Source of the DNA: Octopus sinensis
Lineage: Eukaryota
DNA: 64,000 nucleotides
Assembly: GCF_006345805.1 (NCBI RefSeq)
Contig: NW_021835462.1
Coordinates: 1-64,000 of the forward strand
Direction of reading: 5' to 3'
A model generated the notes under the pieces. That model was not told where the DNA came from. It did no database searches and saw nothing but the letters and a program-made list of their open reading frames with translations. Position 1 is the stretch's first letter. Each line of letters opens with the position of its first letter. The position numbers and the translations under genes were made by a program. This document shows positions 36,485-55,187 of the stretch, in pieces.

Positions 36485-37047
36485 TGGAAGCATGTCCACA
36501 AACAATAAGTTCGACTTCAGTCCTTAACACCTTACAATCATTGTGCTTCGTACACCAGGGTGAGGAGCACCGGTGGTATAGAATTTATAGATTTCTATGC
36601 ACTCTGTTCCACAATGGCTCTAGGAGTTGTGTACGAAAAACATCAGAATAAATAATGTTTGGGGTTTACTGTTCAACTCAACAAGGAAAACCAATCAACC
36701 ATCACTTGATACAATAAGAACGGGTTGTATTGAAAATTCCTCGATTCCGCTTCATTTATTTTGAGCTTTACATTATTAAGTAAACAACAAGGAGTATTTC
36801 TTAAGGGTGGGTATTGATAAACCTTAAGAGAGGATATTTATTGTGTGAGAAATAAAATGTCTGGTTTGAAATAAATGGCGCTTTGACATGCACGAGACAG
36901 TGCGGTTTCATTCTGTTACGGCGAATTTGATCTTTTAAAGCTTCCTTGGACGCAAAATAGCGTTTTGTTTCCTGACAGTATATAAACTTCTCCAAGTTGA
37001 CACCCACACATATATATATATATACATGTTGTCCATGAGAGCATATA

Positions 37048-37278
37048 TTTCTTTACTACCCACAAGGAGGCTAAACATAGAGGGGACAAACAAAGACAGA
37101 CAAAGGGATTAAGTCGATTACATCGACTCCAGTGCGAAACTGATACTTTAGTTATCGACCCCGAAAGGATGAAAGGCAAAGTTGACCTTGGCGGAATTTG
37201 AACTCAGAACGTAACGGCAGACGAAATATCGCTAAGCATTTCGCCCGGCGCGCTAACGTGTCTGCCAGCTCGCCGCCT
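37048..37278 (-). mobile_element. SINE family B copy with target-site duplication
   Basis: Flanked by ttgtccatgagagcatata (37029-37047) and ttgtccacgagagcatata (37279-37297): 19 bp with one mismatch. Confidence 0.92.
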
Positions 37279-38638
37279 TTGTCCACGAGAGCATATAAAT
37301 AAACATACATACCTACCTACCTACATACATACATACATACATACATACATACATACATACATACATACATACATACATACATAAACCATAAAATGTTCAG
37401 AAGGTACAATCATTGGTGTAACCATATTGTTCTGGTGATCTGATGAGCTAGCTATCTTTATCTGCAGTGATTTGTGAATATACAACTCTATTGCATACAC
37501 TGAAATTATAATTACATGAAGAAGGCTACGAAACGGCCGTAATCCTAAGCATGTCAAGTGGTTAAATGAATATATTGACCTCTCATTCCTCCTGATATTT
37601 TATGGTTTATATACCCCTCATGAAATAATTTCATCGATCGAATCTCCTGTATATCAGCAGCATAGAAGCTTGCGTTATACTCCTCTGTAATGGATTAGTA
37701 TGTAGTCTGTTAGCTGAGTCCATTAGAGGAGCTTTATATGATAGCCAAACGATTCCATGAATCCATATATTACACTACAAATACACATATTGATATAAAT
37801 GATTGCCTTGTCTCTATTTGATAATAAATTGTTTTGGCAAATGTGGCGCCAAATTTAGTGGTAACCATTAGCAACATGGACTACATTCTTGGGGTTTTAC
37901 CTCGGCAGTTGACACGCACTGTTTACCGTACAATGATCAGCATGCACAATGACCCGACATTATGATTAACCACAGTTACCAAGAGAGGGTCTTGACAGCG
38001 CTTTACAGTACCCTACAAAGTATGGAGAAGACACGCCTGGGTCCTCCACGAAGGGAACCTCATTGTCATGGAGTTTGGGGGGATTTTTTGATTCACTAAA
38101 TGATGTCCTATTCGGTTCCATCAAATCCTTTGTGATCACAGATCTTCATTCACAATTGCTCATTGCATGATGTTAGCAATTATCAGACGCAAACATGGCT
38201 GTGATGTTAAGCAGTGTGTTACACAACAGAATGTTTCCGGATTCGAACCGACGACGTGGTGCTTTAGGCAGGGGGTTCTATTAGTAGCTTCAAGCAGAGT
38301 CTAACAGTAATTGATATTAGCTTGTAAGAGGAATTACGCAGACAGAATCTGCACAGAAGCCCTTCTTAAATACACATATACATATCATATCAAGTGCGTG
38401 TGTGTATGTGTGTGTGTGTGTGTGTGTTTGTAGATGTATGTAAATATATAATTTATTGAGACAGATACATGGAGATAAACATCATTAGACTGATAAACCG
38501 GTATTCTCATAAATATATGAATAAAGACATTTGATTATGTCATTTCGTTACAAATATTATAAATTGGCCTTTTATCAGCATTCGCGTTTGTTCCTTTTCA
38601 TAGAAAAAACATTACACCAACATCTACCTATTTCTCTG

Positions 38639-38681
<43 letters not shown>

Positions 38682-38904
38682 CACACATACATACATATAT
38701 ATATATATATGTGGGTGTGTATTTCGTGAGCATGTGTCTCTTATGTGTCTGTGATACATTGTGGTTACTCAGAGTTAATTATTTGTACCCACAAGATGAA
38801 AGAACGTATATTACAAAATAGTTGACGTGGCAGTATTTTATCACTGTTTATCACAATTACAGGAAATGCGTATTTAAGCTCACATATATCCCTCTCACTC
38901 CTTG

Positions 38905-38945
<41 letters not shown>

Positions 38946-38973
38946 ACATATATATTTATGTATATATATTTAT

Positions 38974-39006
<33 letters not shown>

Positions 39007-39071
39007 GCGCGTGTATATTAATATATGTCTGTATGCTTACGCACACACACACACCACACACACACACACAC

Positions 39072-39104
<33 letters not shown>

Positions 39105-39105
39105 G

Positions 39106-39139
<34 letters not shown>

Positions 39140-40055
39140 CGCGTGTATATTAATATATGTATGCATGCTTACGCACACACACACGCACACACATATATGT
39201 ATGTTGTATGTATGTATATCCATAAGTATTTATATATGTTTGCGTATGTTTACGCACCTTAACAGACTCCATTATTGTGTGTTTTGGACGTCGTTGTGTC
39301 AGACATCAGAGTATGAAAATGTCCGCAATTTGAGAGAAACAAAAGGTTAAATGGCGTAGAAAATGGTATCAAAGCCAGAGATTTGCTATCTACGTCTCAA
39401 TGTAAACTAGAACTATTTCCTAATGAGTTTCTTTTATCAATATCCGTTCATGCAGCAAACATTTCAGAAAGCATCAGTTCTGTTTTGTTTCTTAGGTTCC
39501 AACAAATTGTATCTATGTAACAGCACTTCAAAGAACAGTAACACATTTTAAAAGAGAATAAAAAAAACAAACGCATTGTACATCGGCTGTTTACTTAGTG
39601 ACGTAGCCATGCATATATAACTTGTTTCATGTAGATATATTATAATTTTGTACAATGTTAACGATATTTCACCGAGCTACTTCAACATAATTTACGGAGA
39701 CCCCTTGTCGGTGCATACAGTGGCGACATCTGAAGCATACGACAGGTGTATGGCGCAGAATTTTTATTTATTTTTCGCCAGCTAATTAGCTGGGTTATTT
39801 CCATTTTTCCTCGTTTTTTTTTTCTTTTCGCCTTTTTTTACTTTTCGCCTTTTTTTTTTTTTTTGAAAATTTACTCATCTCTTCGGCACAGCTTTACATT
39901 CACAGATATTTACATAAATAAAGCGATATAGATATTGATACGTATACATACATACATATATACTTACATACATACATCTGCATGTGCGTGGGGCTGCGTG
40001 GAGGTGCGTGTGTGTTCGTGTTCGTGTGTGTTCGTGTTCATGTATGTGTGTACCC

Positions 40056-40086
<31 letters not shown>

Positions 40087-40873
40087 CGTACGTGAGTGTT
40101 TGTGCAGTTGAGTGTCTCATAAATCAAAACATGACCCTATACAAAAATACTTGAACGTTTCTATTTATTTAATATGTTTCATATATAATTGCTTGTAATA
40201 TCGCCATCAGGTAAGCATTCCTGCGCCTCCTTGCCTTCGTGCACCCTCTCTCTCGCTCCCGATCTCTTTCTCTCACACTTCAGTCTCTCTCTCTCCTTTC
40301 TTTCTCTCTCTCTCTCTCTATCTCTCTATCTATCTATCTATCACTCTATGTACATATATATACATGCATGCATATATATGTATATGTATAGAAACATAGT
40401 ATGCAAATACATACACATACAAATACATACATACACACACATAAATACACACATAAATACGTAAATACACATAAATACATACACATACAGATAAATACAT
40501 ACACATACAAATACATACACACACAAAGATATATGTGCGATTGTGTGTGTGTGCGTGTGCGTGTGTGTGTGTCTGTGTGCGCGCGTTCGCCCGTATGTAG
40601 ATCCCACCTCTGATTGCGACAGACCACGTAAGAACGCGTAGGAGTGAAAGGGGGGTTGATGTAATTAGCAAGTGGAGTCGAAACGTGCATAGAGTAAACG
40701 CCGGGAGCATCCACTCACACGTGCACACACACGCACGCACGCACATACGCACGCACTTGAGAGAAAGGGTGGTTTTTGGTTTTTGGTCACCCTACGTGGA
40801 ACCACAAAATCCGTCAAAGGAGATGGACTCAGATAAGTCAACGACTATCCAATTGCATTATATATATACATAT

Positions 40874-40922
<49 letters not shown>

Positions 40923-41109
40923 TATATATATATATATATATATAGCCGAAATTACTACGATGATCCGGTCTTGACTGAAGACTGAGGGGTTCGAATGTCC
41001 TGTCCATGTTTATTGTATCGTCTTCTATGAGTTATACGTTCTTGTCCATGTTGTATTTTTCTACATACTTAACATATATACTTATATATATATATATATA
41101 TATATATAC

Positions 41110-41285
41110 CATAGCCTGACAAACGATGCTGCTGTGTGTTTACGTCCTCGTAACGGTTCGGCAAAAGTGACCAATAGAATAAGTACTAGGCTTACAAAGA
41201 ATAATTCCTGGGGTCAATTTGTTCGACTAAAAGCAGTGCTCCAGCTTGACTGCATTCAAATGACTGAAACAAATAAATGAATAAA
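41110..41285 (+). mobile_element. 3' half of the OR2-like SINE
   Basis: gatgctgctgtgtgtttacgtcc...gaataagtactaggcttacaaagaataattcctggggtc...aatgactgaaacaa. Confidence 0.75.
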
Positions 41286-41304
41286 AAAATATATACTTGC
41301 ATAT

Positions 41305-43628
41305 GTTCGTTAGTTAGTTAGTTTGTTAGTTAGTTAATTTTTTGGCTCAAAAAGCAAATAGCAAGGCCATGTAGGGGGATAAGGAGTTATGTACAGGGTG
41401 GTGTTCATGTAAAGAGTTCAGGCCACTTGTAGTCAAGGGAGACTTTGAACCGAGCGGTCGTCGGCATCTTCACTATCTCGTCCGGCAGCTTATTCCACGG
41501 ATCCGCAACCCGGGCGGAGAAAGCCCCTCTCCTTCGATTGAGATGAAATCGTCGCAGATAGAGCTTTTCGGAGTGACCCCGCAGCCGACGCTCTGGAGCA
41601 GGAGTGAAGAACAGCTCTTTTGAGAGGTTACACTTTCCGCTTATGATGTGAGCAAGAATGAGATCACCACGGCGTCGTCGTTTTTCTAGAGAATAAAGGT
41701 CGAGCGTCTTCAGCCTTTCTTCATAAGACAAATGCTTGAGACCAAGAACCATGCGGGTAGCCAGCTTCTGGACTCTTTCGAGATGCTGTATGTCTTTGAG
41801 GAGATAAGGAGAAGAGGCTTGAATCCCGTACTCCAATATGGGTCTCACCAGCGTGACATAGAGCGGTAGGAATATGGCTGCTGCGAGCATTCCGAATGAC
41901 CGTCGAATCAAGAACAGAACCCCGTGTGCTTTGTTGGCAGCATGGACGCACTGGGCCGAGGGCGAAAAGGAAGAATCCACCAAGATCCTTTACCTGATCT
42001 CTCCAGCAGCAGACGACTCGGTTCGAAATCAAGTTGAGTTGCAGGAGGAGAGCCAACAGGCAGATGACGGCACTTTGAAACGTTCAGACACAGGTCCCAT
42101 TCGTTAGACCATCTCCAAATTTGGTGGAGGCATCGACGAAGATCCTCTATATCACCGCGAGGAGCGACTAGTTTGACATCATCGGCAAATAGAAGGGTGT
42201 GTTGCATAAGGTCGTCGGGCAAGTCATTTATGAAGACTAAGAACAATAAGGGCCCAAGCACTGAACCTTGAGGCACGCCACTGCTCGCACTGGAGACGTC
42301 GGACAGCGAACCATTAACTTAGACTTGGAAGGAGCGATCTGAGAGGAAGGCACCAACCCATCGTACAATATCCGGATGGAAGCTATATGCTTGAAGCTTG
42401 ACAAGTAATAGGCGGTGGTTTACCGAGTCAAAAGCTTTGGCAAAGTCCAATAAAACGATGTCAACAGCATCACCATCATCGAGGATGCGCGTCACTAATT
42501 CTTCCATTACCAGTAAGTTGGTCAAGCATGATCTCTTCGGCACGAAGCCGTGTTGGGAATCAGAGATAGAGGCTGTGTTTTGGAGGTGGAGCATCATACT
42601 TTTCTTAAGGATGGTTTCGAACATCTTGCTGATTATTGAAGTAAGAGAAACCGGTCGGTAGTTAAGCGAGTCTTCGCGGCTCCCTTTCTTGAAAATTGGG
42701 CAGATTATCGATGTTCTCCAGTCCGCAGGTATAACACCCGTCGCTAATGACATATTGAATAGACGTCGCAGATGACCGGAGCCAACGCTTTGATAACCCG
42801 TGGGTGTATGCCGTCGGGGCCGTAACCCTTGTTGACATCGAAGCCTTGAATAACGCGTTCGACTTCGTCCCGCGTGATGACCAATCTAAGCATTGGAGGT
42901 ACCGATCTATCAAATGGAGTGGGGTCACGACCATCATCTTGTTTGAAAATAGTTGATAAAGCCTCGGTAATTAACTGACTCTGTTGGTAAGGGTCCTCAA
43001 TCGATACGCCTGTTGAGTCTACCAACGTTGCAATTTGGTTGTTCAAGCGGGAATTCCGTTGGACATGGGCAAAGAAGGTTTTTGGATTGCGACTGGCGTT
43101 TGCCGCGATTCTGTATTTATATCTGAAGCGTTCTTCTTTTTCAATTTTCACGGCTCGGTCTCGTTGAGTTTTGTACACCTCAAAAGCTGTACTCGAATCT
43201 AGATTTTTGAATTCAGCCCAAGCAATATCTCTGAGTCGAAGTTCTCGTTTAACCTTCTTCGTCACCCAGGGCTTGTGTTCCTTCTTCTTGGGAAGCCCAA
43301 CGGGAACTGCTTGGTCAGTCAACCAGATTACATTTGCTTTGAGGGACGACCATAGTTCGTCAACTGAGGACATCGTCATCAGGGATCGCCAGTCCAGAAG
43401 CGCGGAAGCCTCGGTTAGAATTTCAAGATTAATTGTAGAGAAGACTCTACGTGGCAGCGAAGTAGTCGTGGGCGTAGAAAAAGTTGTGTGCATGTCGAAC
43501 TTCAGGACCGCATGATCACTCTTGGCAAGAGGGGCGCACACAGATAAGCCTGACACTGATCTTGGATAGCAGGTGAGTACCAGATCCAGCATAGATGGCT
43601 GCTGCCCAGACCGATGCCTTGTCGGATA
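41305..43628 (-). mobile_element. CR1-like LINE, ~2.3 kb, 5'-truncated within the AP endonuclease, with a few frameshifts or stops
   Basis: PTRHRSGQQPSMLDLVLT...SDH (endonuclease end), GPDGIHPRVIK, NYRPVSLTSIISKMFE, QHGFVPKRSCLTNLL, LDFAKAFDSVNH, PQGSVLGPLLFLVFINDL, LFADDVKL, RRRRGDLI and RLRGH. The 3' tail is (TAAC)n, seen on the plus strand as gttagttag at 41305-41336. Confidence 0.95.
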
Positions 43629-43730
43629 TTCATATGTATATATATCCCGTCTCCCGTATGTATGTATAAATATATACGAATATATACGGATATATATGCA
43701 TGTGTGGAGAGGATTTAAGTTTCATATACA

Positions 43731-43820
<90 letters not shown>

Positions 43821-43884
43821 ATGTTATTAAAAATACCATCACAAGTGGTAAGCGAATTATTAGCCGTACAGGCAAATTAATAAA

Positions 43885-43925
43885 ATATATACATACAATA
43901 TTAGATATGTACATATCTAATATTG

Positions 43926-43936
<11 letters not shown>
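43885..43936. repeat. Perfect 52-bp spacerless AT-rich palindrome
   Basis: atatatacatacaatattagatatgt|acatatctaatattgtatgtatatat: the right half is the exact reverse complement of the left half. Confidence 0.92.
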
Positions 43937-43989
<53 letters not shown>

Positions 43990-44139
43990 TGATATAAGTA
44001 GTATCAAGTAATGAAAGAGATTTAGATAACACGATTAACAAATAACTGCTTCCGTTTCTATATTGTAATATAACTTACAAATACATCACCCAGGTGGACC
44101 ACCTGCGAAGTTATTGGTTGAGGGTAGAACACATTAATA

Positions 44140-44728
44140 ATAATAATAATCCTTTCTACTCCAGGCACAAGGCCAATTTTTTATTGGGGGGCTTGTTAAT
44201 TACAGCGGCTCCCAGTGTTTCAATCGTGCTTAATTTATCGACCCCGAAACGATGAAAGGCAAAGTCAACCTCGGCGGAGTTTGAACTCAGAACATAGTGA
44301 CGGACGAAATACCTATTTCTTTACTACCCACAGGGGGCTAAACACAGAAGGGACAAACAAGGACAGACAAATGGATTAAGTCGATTATATCGACCCCAGT
44401 GCGTAACTGGTACTTGTTTAATCGACCCCAAAAGGATGAAAGGCAAAGTCGACCTCGGCGGAATTTCAACACAGGACGTAGCGGCAGACGAAATACATAT
44501 TTCTTTACTACCCACAAGGGGCTAAACGCAGAGGCGACAAACAAGGACAGATAAACGGATTAAGTCAATTATATCGACCCCAGAACATAACTGGTAATTA
44601 TTTAATCGACCCCGGAAGGATGAAAGGCAAAGTCGACCTTGGCGGAATTTGAACTCAGAACGTAACGGCAAACGAAATACGCCTACGCATTTCGCCCGGC
44701 GTGCTAACGTTTCTGCCAGCTCGCCGCT
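44140..44728 (-). mobile_element. SINE family B, three-unit concatemer
   Basis: One head at about 44728 followed by three head-to-tail body units of about 180 bp. Confidence 0.87.
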
Positions 44729-45389
44729 TTATTATTTTGATTATATGATCTTAATGACCAAAAACTGTTATTTTTGTCTTAGTACTGACAAACGTGACGT
44801 GTGATCCCTTGACTGTTGCCATGAAAACAAGTCTATATTATGTTAAAGAAAGCCTTAGAGTTACATTTTCAGACAGTAAATTAATTAATATCAAACGAAT
44901 ATTTGTTGAATCACAACAAAAGATTTCTTTAGAGATGATACAGATTTTCCGCTCTTAGATTTTATTTCTTGCCCAATTATGTCCAGTTATTAATTCTTTG
45001 TTGTTAACTGTCATTTTCAGTCCCCCCTCTCTCTCCCTCTCTCTCTCTCACTCTCTCTCTCTTCCTCTCTCTCTCCCTCTCTCTCTCTCTCCCACTTTCT
45101 CTCTGTCTTTTTTTTTTAATTTAGGTATACATCCGCTTGATGCGAAAGAACTTTTGAACATCGGAAAAAATGCTTTGCAGGACTTCATTCCTTTGAAGTT
45201 TGTTCTTCATTGAAATCCCGCCAAAATCAACTTTGTCATCCATTGTTTTGAGATCGATGAAATGAAGTACCAGTCAAATATTCGGGTCAATGTAATCGAC
45301 TGATCTCCCTCCCCTTAAAATTGCTGGCTTGCGACGAAATCAGAAACAAATTTTTGTGATTGTAGTCGTAATAATACTGTTAATAAACG

Positions 45390-45449
<60 letters not shown>

Positions 45450-45450
<1 letters not shown>

Positions 45451-46109
45451 GTTTGACATTTGCTTTGTATTTGTACAAGTTGACTCCAAGTCTCACCCAG
45501 AGACCTCAAGCGACAACGAGTTAGAAGTTCGTGTTGGTGTTATGCCTAGGGTACCATATATTTGGTTTTGTACAAAGACCTGTACATTCTAGAGAATGTT
45601 TAAGAAAACATAAGAAAATTATAAGTTTGTTTTAAAATTTGAGATTACATAGTCAGTATTTTACGTAGGATATGGGCATTTTTTTTTTATTGTTTGTCAT
45701 TTTGGGGTTTCCTGGTATCTGAGTTAGGTAGCAATCAGCCCCTTTTGCTATCATTCCCAGGGCACCTATGACAACAGGTATTGTTTTAGTCTTCAGGTTC
45801 CACATTTTGCTGATTTCTATTTCAAGATCTTTATATTTGCTCAGTTTTTGGTAGGTCTTGACAGATACGTTTATATCAATTGGGACAGTCATATCAATGA
45901 GTAGGCACGTTCTTTGTCTGAAGTCTTTCAATATGATGTCTGGCCTATTCGCATCTATCTTTCTGTCAGTTTGAATGGTGAATTTCCAGAGGAGTGAGAT
46001 GTGGTCATTTTCAAGCACTGGGGGTGGATTGTGTTCCCTCCAGTTTTTTTATGGGGCAAGTCCAGGTTTTTGCAAATTAGCCAGTGAATATATTGTGCAG
46101 CTCTATCAT

Positions 46110-46110
<1 letters not shown>
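45450..46110 (-). mobile_element. R4/Dong-clade element 3' end flanked on both sides by (ATT)n
   Basis: The minus strand reads KHDRAAQYIHWLICKNLD, then VLENDHISLLWKFTIQTDRKIDANRPDIILKD..LIDMTVPIDINVSVKTYQKLSKYKDLEIEISKMW. (ATT)n lies at 45391-45448 and from about 46110. Confidence 0.88.
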
Positions 46111-50689
<4,579 letters not shown>

Positions 50690-50690
<1 letters not shown>

Positions 50691-51165
50691 GCTTTATTTT
50701 TATAGCGTGCTTTCACTTCACTACCGAGCGCAGCTCTGTGTGCCTTGGGTATGTGCTGTGATTTGTTGTGATGCTCTGATGGTTATTGTATGGAAAGTGC
50801 TCTGCGTAGGATGTGTGCAGTGCCTAGTAGTGCAATTTTCTGTATGTTATATGTGTTTGTAAGTCCTGGTGTTTTTGTTATGTATTTGTCTGAATATTTT
50901 TTTTTAACATGCCTAATGCACCTACTATGATAGGAATTGTTTCTGTTTTCAGATTCCACATTCTAGTTACCTCTATTTCCAGGTCTTTGTATTTTGAGAG
51001 TTTCTCCATTTCTTTTAGAGACACGTTGTCATCTGCCGGTACTGATACATCAATTAGAAAGCATTTTTTTTCTTCATGATCTCTGACAACTATATCTGGT
51101 CTGTTGGCCTTATTATTATTATTATTATATTATTATTATTTTATTATTATATATTATTATTATTA

Positions 51166-51260
<95 letters not shown>

Positions 51261-51702
51261 TATTATTATTATTATTATTATTATTATCAGTAGCTTTATT
51301 TTTATAGCGTGCTTTCACTTCACTACCGAGCGCAGCTCTGTGTGCCTTGGTATGTGCTGTGATTTGTTGTGATGCTCTGATGGTTATTGTATGGAAAGTG
51401 CTCTGCGTAGGATGTGTGCAGTGCCTAGTAGTGCAATTTTCTGTATGTTATATGTGTTTGTAAGTCCTGGTGTTTTTGTTATGTATTTGTCTGAATATTT
51501 TTTTTTAACATGCCTAATGCACCTACTATGATAGGAATTGTTTCTGTTTTCAGATTCCACATTCTAGTTACCTCTATTTCCAGGTCTTTGTATTTTGAGA
51601 GTTTCTCCATTTCTTTTAGAGACACGTTGTCATCTGCCGGTACTGATACATCAATTAGAAAGCATTTTTTTTCTTCATGGTCTCTGACAACTATATCTGG
51701 TC

Positions 51703-51764
<62 letters not shown>

Positions 51765-51838
51765 GATATATTATTATTATTATTATTTTATTATTATATA
51801 TTATTATTATTATATTATTATTATTATTATTATTATTA

Positions 51839-51887
<49 letters not shown>

Positions 51888-52351
51888 TAGCTTTATTTTT
51901 ATAGCGTGCTTTCACTTCACTACCGAGCGCAGCTCTGTGTGCCTTGGTATGTGCTGTGATTTGTTGTGATGCTCTGATGGTTATTGTATGGAAAGTGCTC
52001 TGCGTAGGATGTGTGCAGTGCCTAGTAGTGCAATTTTCTGTATGTTATATGTGTTTGTAAGTCCTGGTGTTTTTGTTATGTATTTGTCTGAATATTTTTT
52101 TTAACATGCCTAATGCACCTACTATGATAGGAATTGTTTCTGTTTTCAGATTCCACATTCTAGTTACCTCTATTTCCAGGTCTTTGTATTTTGAGAGTTT
52201 CTCCATTTCTTTTAGAGACACGTTGTCATCTGCCGGTACTGATACATCAATTAGAAAGCATTTTTTTTCTTCATGATCTCTGACAACTATATCTGGTCTG
52301 TTGGCCTTATTATTATTATTATTATTATTATTATTTATATTATTATTATTA

Positions 52352-52386
<35 letters not shown>

Positions 52387-52524
52387 CATTATTATATTAT
52401 CATTATTATATCATCATTATTATTATCATATTATTATCATCATTATTATTATCATTATTATTATTATCATTATTATTATTATCATTTTATTATTATCATT
52501 ATTATTATTTCATTATTATTATTA

Positions 52525-52555
<31 letters not shown>

Positions 52556-53004
52556 CATTATTATTATTCATTATTATTATTATTAGCTTTATTTTTATAG
52601 CGTGCTTTCACTTCACTACCGAGCGCAGCTCTGTGTGCCTTGGGTATGTGCTGTGATTTGTTGTGATGCTCTGATGGTTATTGTATGGAAAGTGCTCTGC
52701 GTAGGATGTGTGCAGTGCCTAGTAGTGCAATTTTCTGTATGTTATATGTGTTTGTAAGTCCTGGTGTTTTTGTTATGTATTTGTCTGAATATTTTTTTTT
52801 AACATGCCTAATGCACCTACTATGATAGGAATTGTTTCTGTTTTCAGATTCCACATTCTAGTTACCTCTATTTCCAGGTCTTTGTATTTTGAGAGTTTCT
52901 CCATTTCTTTTAGAGACACGTTGTCATCTGCCGGTACTGATACATCAATTAGAAAGCATTTTTTTTCTTCATGATCTCTGACAACTATATCTGGTCTGTT
53001 GGCC

Positions 53005-53087
<83 letters not shown>

Positions 53088-53111
53088 TATTATTATTATT
53101 ATTATTATATA

Positions 53112-53187
<76 letters not shown>

Positions 53188-53607
53188 TAGCTTTATTTTT
53201 ATAGCGTGCTTTCACTTCACTACCGAGCGCAGCTCTGGTGCCTGGGTATGTGCTGTGATTTGTTGTGATGCTCTGATGGTTATTGTATGGAAAGTGCTCT
53301 GCGTAGGATGTGTGCAGTGCCTAGTAGTGCAATTTTCTGTATGTTATATGTGTTTGTAAGTCCTGGTGTTTTTGTTATGTATTTGTCTGAATATTTTTTT
53401 TTAACATGCCTAATGCACCTACTATGATAGGAATTGTTTCTGTTTTCAGATTCCACATTCTAGTTACCTCTATTTCCAGGTCTTTGTATTTTGAGAGTTT
53501 CTCCATTTCTTTTAGAGACACGTTGTCATCTGCCGGTACTGATACATCAATTAGAAAGCATTTTTTTTCTTCATGATCTCTGACAACTATATCTGGTCTG
53601 TTGGCCT
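50690..53607 (-). mobile_element. Tandem array of five ~420-bp R4/Dong-clade 3'-end fragments separated by (ATT)n spacers
   Basis: Units at 50690-51110, 51288-51706, 51885-52307, 52585-53005 and 53185-53607. Each encodes (KA)NRPDIVVRDHEEKKCFLIDVSVPADDNVSLKEMEKLSKYKDLEIEVTRMW..., then QKIALLGTAHILRRALSIQ*, followed by a ~100-bp 3' UTR. Confidence 0.93.
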
Positions 53608-53816
53608 TATTATTATTATTATTATTATTATATTATTATTATTATTATTATATTATTATTATATATTATTATTATTATTATTATTATCATTATTATTATA
53701 TTATTATTATTATTATTATTATATTATTATTATTATCATCATTATTATTATTATTATTATTATTTTTATCATCATTATTATCATTATTTTTATCATTATT
53801 ATTATCATTATTTTTA

Positions 53817-53868
<52 letters not shown>

Positions 53869-53990
53869 CATTATTTTTATCATTATTATTATTATTATTA
53901 TCATTATTGTTATTATTATTATTATCATTATTTTTATCATTATTATTATTATCATTATTATTTTTATCATTATTATTATCATTATTTTGA

Positions 53991-54039
<49 letters not shown>

Positions 54040-54062
54040 CATCATCATCATCATCATTATTA

Positions 54063-54510
54063 CTAAGACGGTGAATTGGTTAGAGCGCCGAGCAAAACGC
54101 TTAAAGGCATTTAGTCCGTCTTTACGTCCTGAGTTCAAATTCTACGGATGTCGACTTTGCTTTTCATCCTTTCGATATCGATAAATTAAGTACCATCGAA
54201 ACAGTGGGGTCGTTGATGTAATCGACTTACCCCCCTACCCCGCCCCCAAATTAAAGGGCGTTGTACCTTTAATAGAAACGATTATTACTAAGGTGGTGAA
54301 CTGGCTGAGTGGTTATGGCGCCGGGCAAAATGCTTTGAGACATTTGATCTGTCTTTACGTTTTAAGTTCAAATTCCGCCGAGGTCGACTTTACCTTTCAT
54401 CTTATCGGAGTCGATGAAATTAGTACCAGCTGAGCACTGAAGTGAATGTAATCGACCAGACCCCTCCCACCAAATTTCAGACCTTGTCCCTCTAGCGGAC
54501 AAGGTCGTTA
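54063..54510 (+). mobile_element. Two tandem degenerate SINE family B copies
   Basis: Heads at about 54065 and 54290, each followed by gagttcaaatt...gtcgacttt(g/a)c. Confidence 0.7.
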
Positions 54511-54579
54511 AAAGAGGTACTAGCAGTTGTAGAAGCAGTACTGGAAGGAAACTATTGTAAACTTATGAAAGAATGTTAA

Positions 54580-54801
54580 CCCTTTAGCATTTAAACTGGC
54601 CATATCCGGCCAAAAGTATTCCGCCGGTTTTATATTCCAACTGGCCAGATCTGGTCTCTCACACCAACCCTACAATATCGTTTTAAAAATTAACAGCCTC
54701 CCCCATCAAAATCTCATAGCTACAAGATAATACATGATTAGTCCAAAACAATGTGGATAAAAAAGCATCGATTTTGGCAGAATAATGCGAACACTAAAGG
54801 G
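54580..54801. mobile_element. piggyBac-type MITE
   Basis: TTAA|CCCTTTAG...CTAAAGGG|TTAA: TTAA target duplications at 54576-54579 and 54802-54805, with CCC/GGG termini. Confidence 0.8.
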
Positions 54802-54847
54802 TTAATGGTTTTAGTGTCTTCGGGGTTCACTACATTAAGCATCGAAC

Positions 54848-55165
54848 AGCTGGCGCTCCGTCGGTTACGACGATGAGCGTTCCATTTGATCTAATCAACG
54901 AAACATCCTGCTCGTGTAATCAACCTGAAGGTGGCTGGGGCACCCTGCAGACACGCGTATCCTTAACGTAGTTCTCAGAGGGATTCAGTGTGTCACAGAA
55001 CGTGCTACAGCTGGTCCTTTGAATAAATAGGCACCACTCATTTTTGCCAGCCGAGTGGCCTGGGGTGGCATGAAATAAAGTGGGTTACTCAAGGATACAA
55101 TGCGCTGCCAGAGATCGAACACGTAGCCTTACGATTGTGAGTCGAATACCCGAACCACTAAGCCA
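54848..55165 (-). mobile_element. SINE family D head with the same 3' tail as the family C copy at 60368
   Basis: The tail ctccgtcggttacgacga...cagacacgcgtatccttaacgtagttctc is homologous to 60378-60510. The head and core are homologous to 21983-22100. Confidence 0.72.
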
Positions 55166-55187
55166 TTCTGCATCTTCACACACAAAT

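Noticed and set aside
41721-43515. Several plus-strand and alternate-frame ORFs
   Set aside because: Shadows of the CR1-like LINE reading frame.
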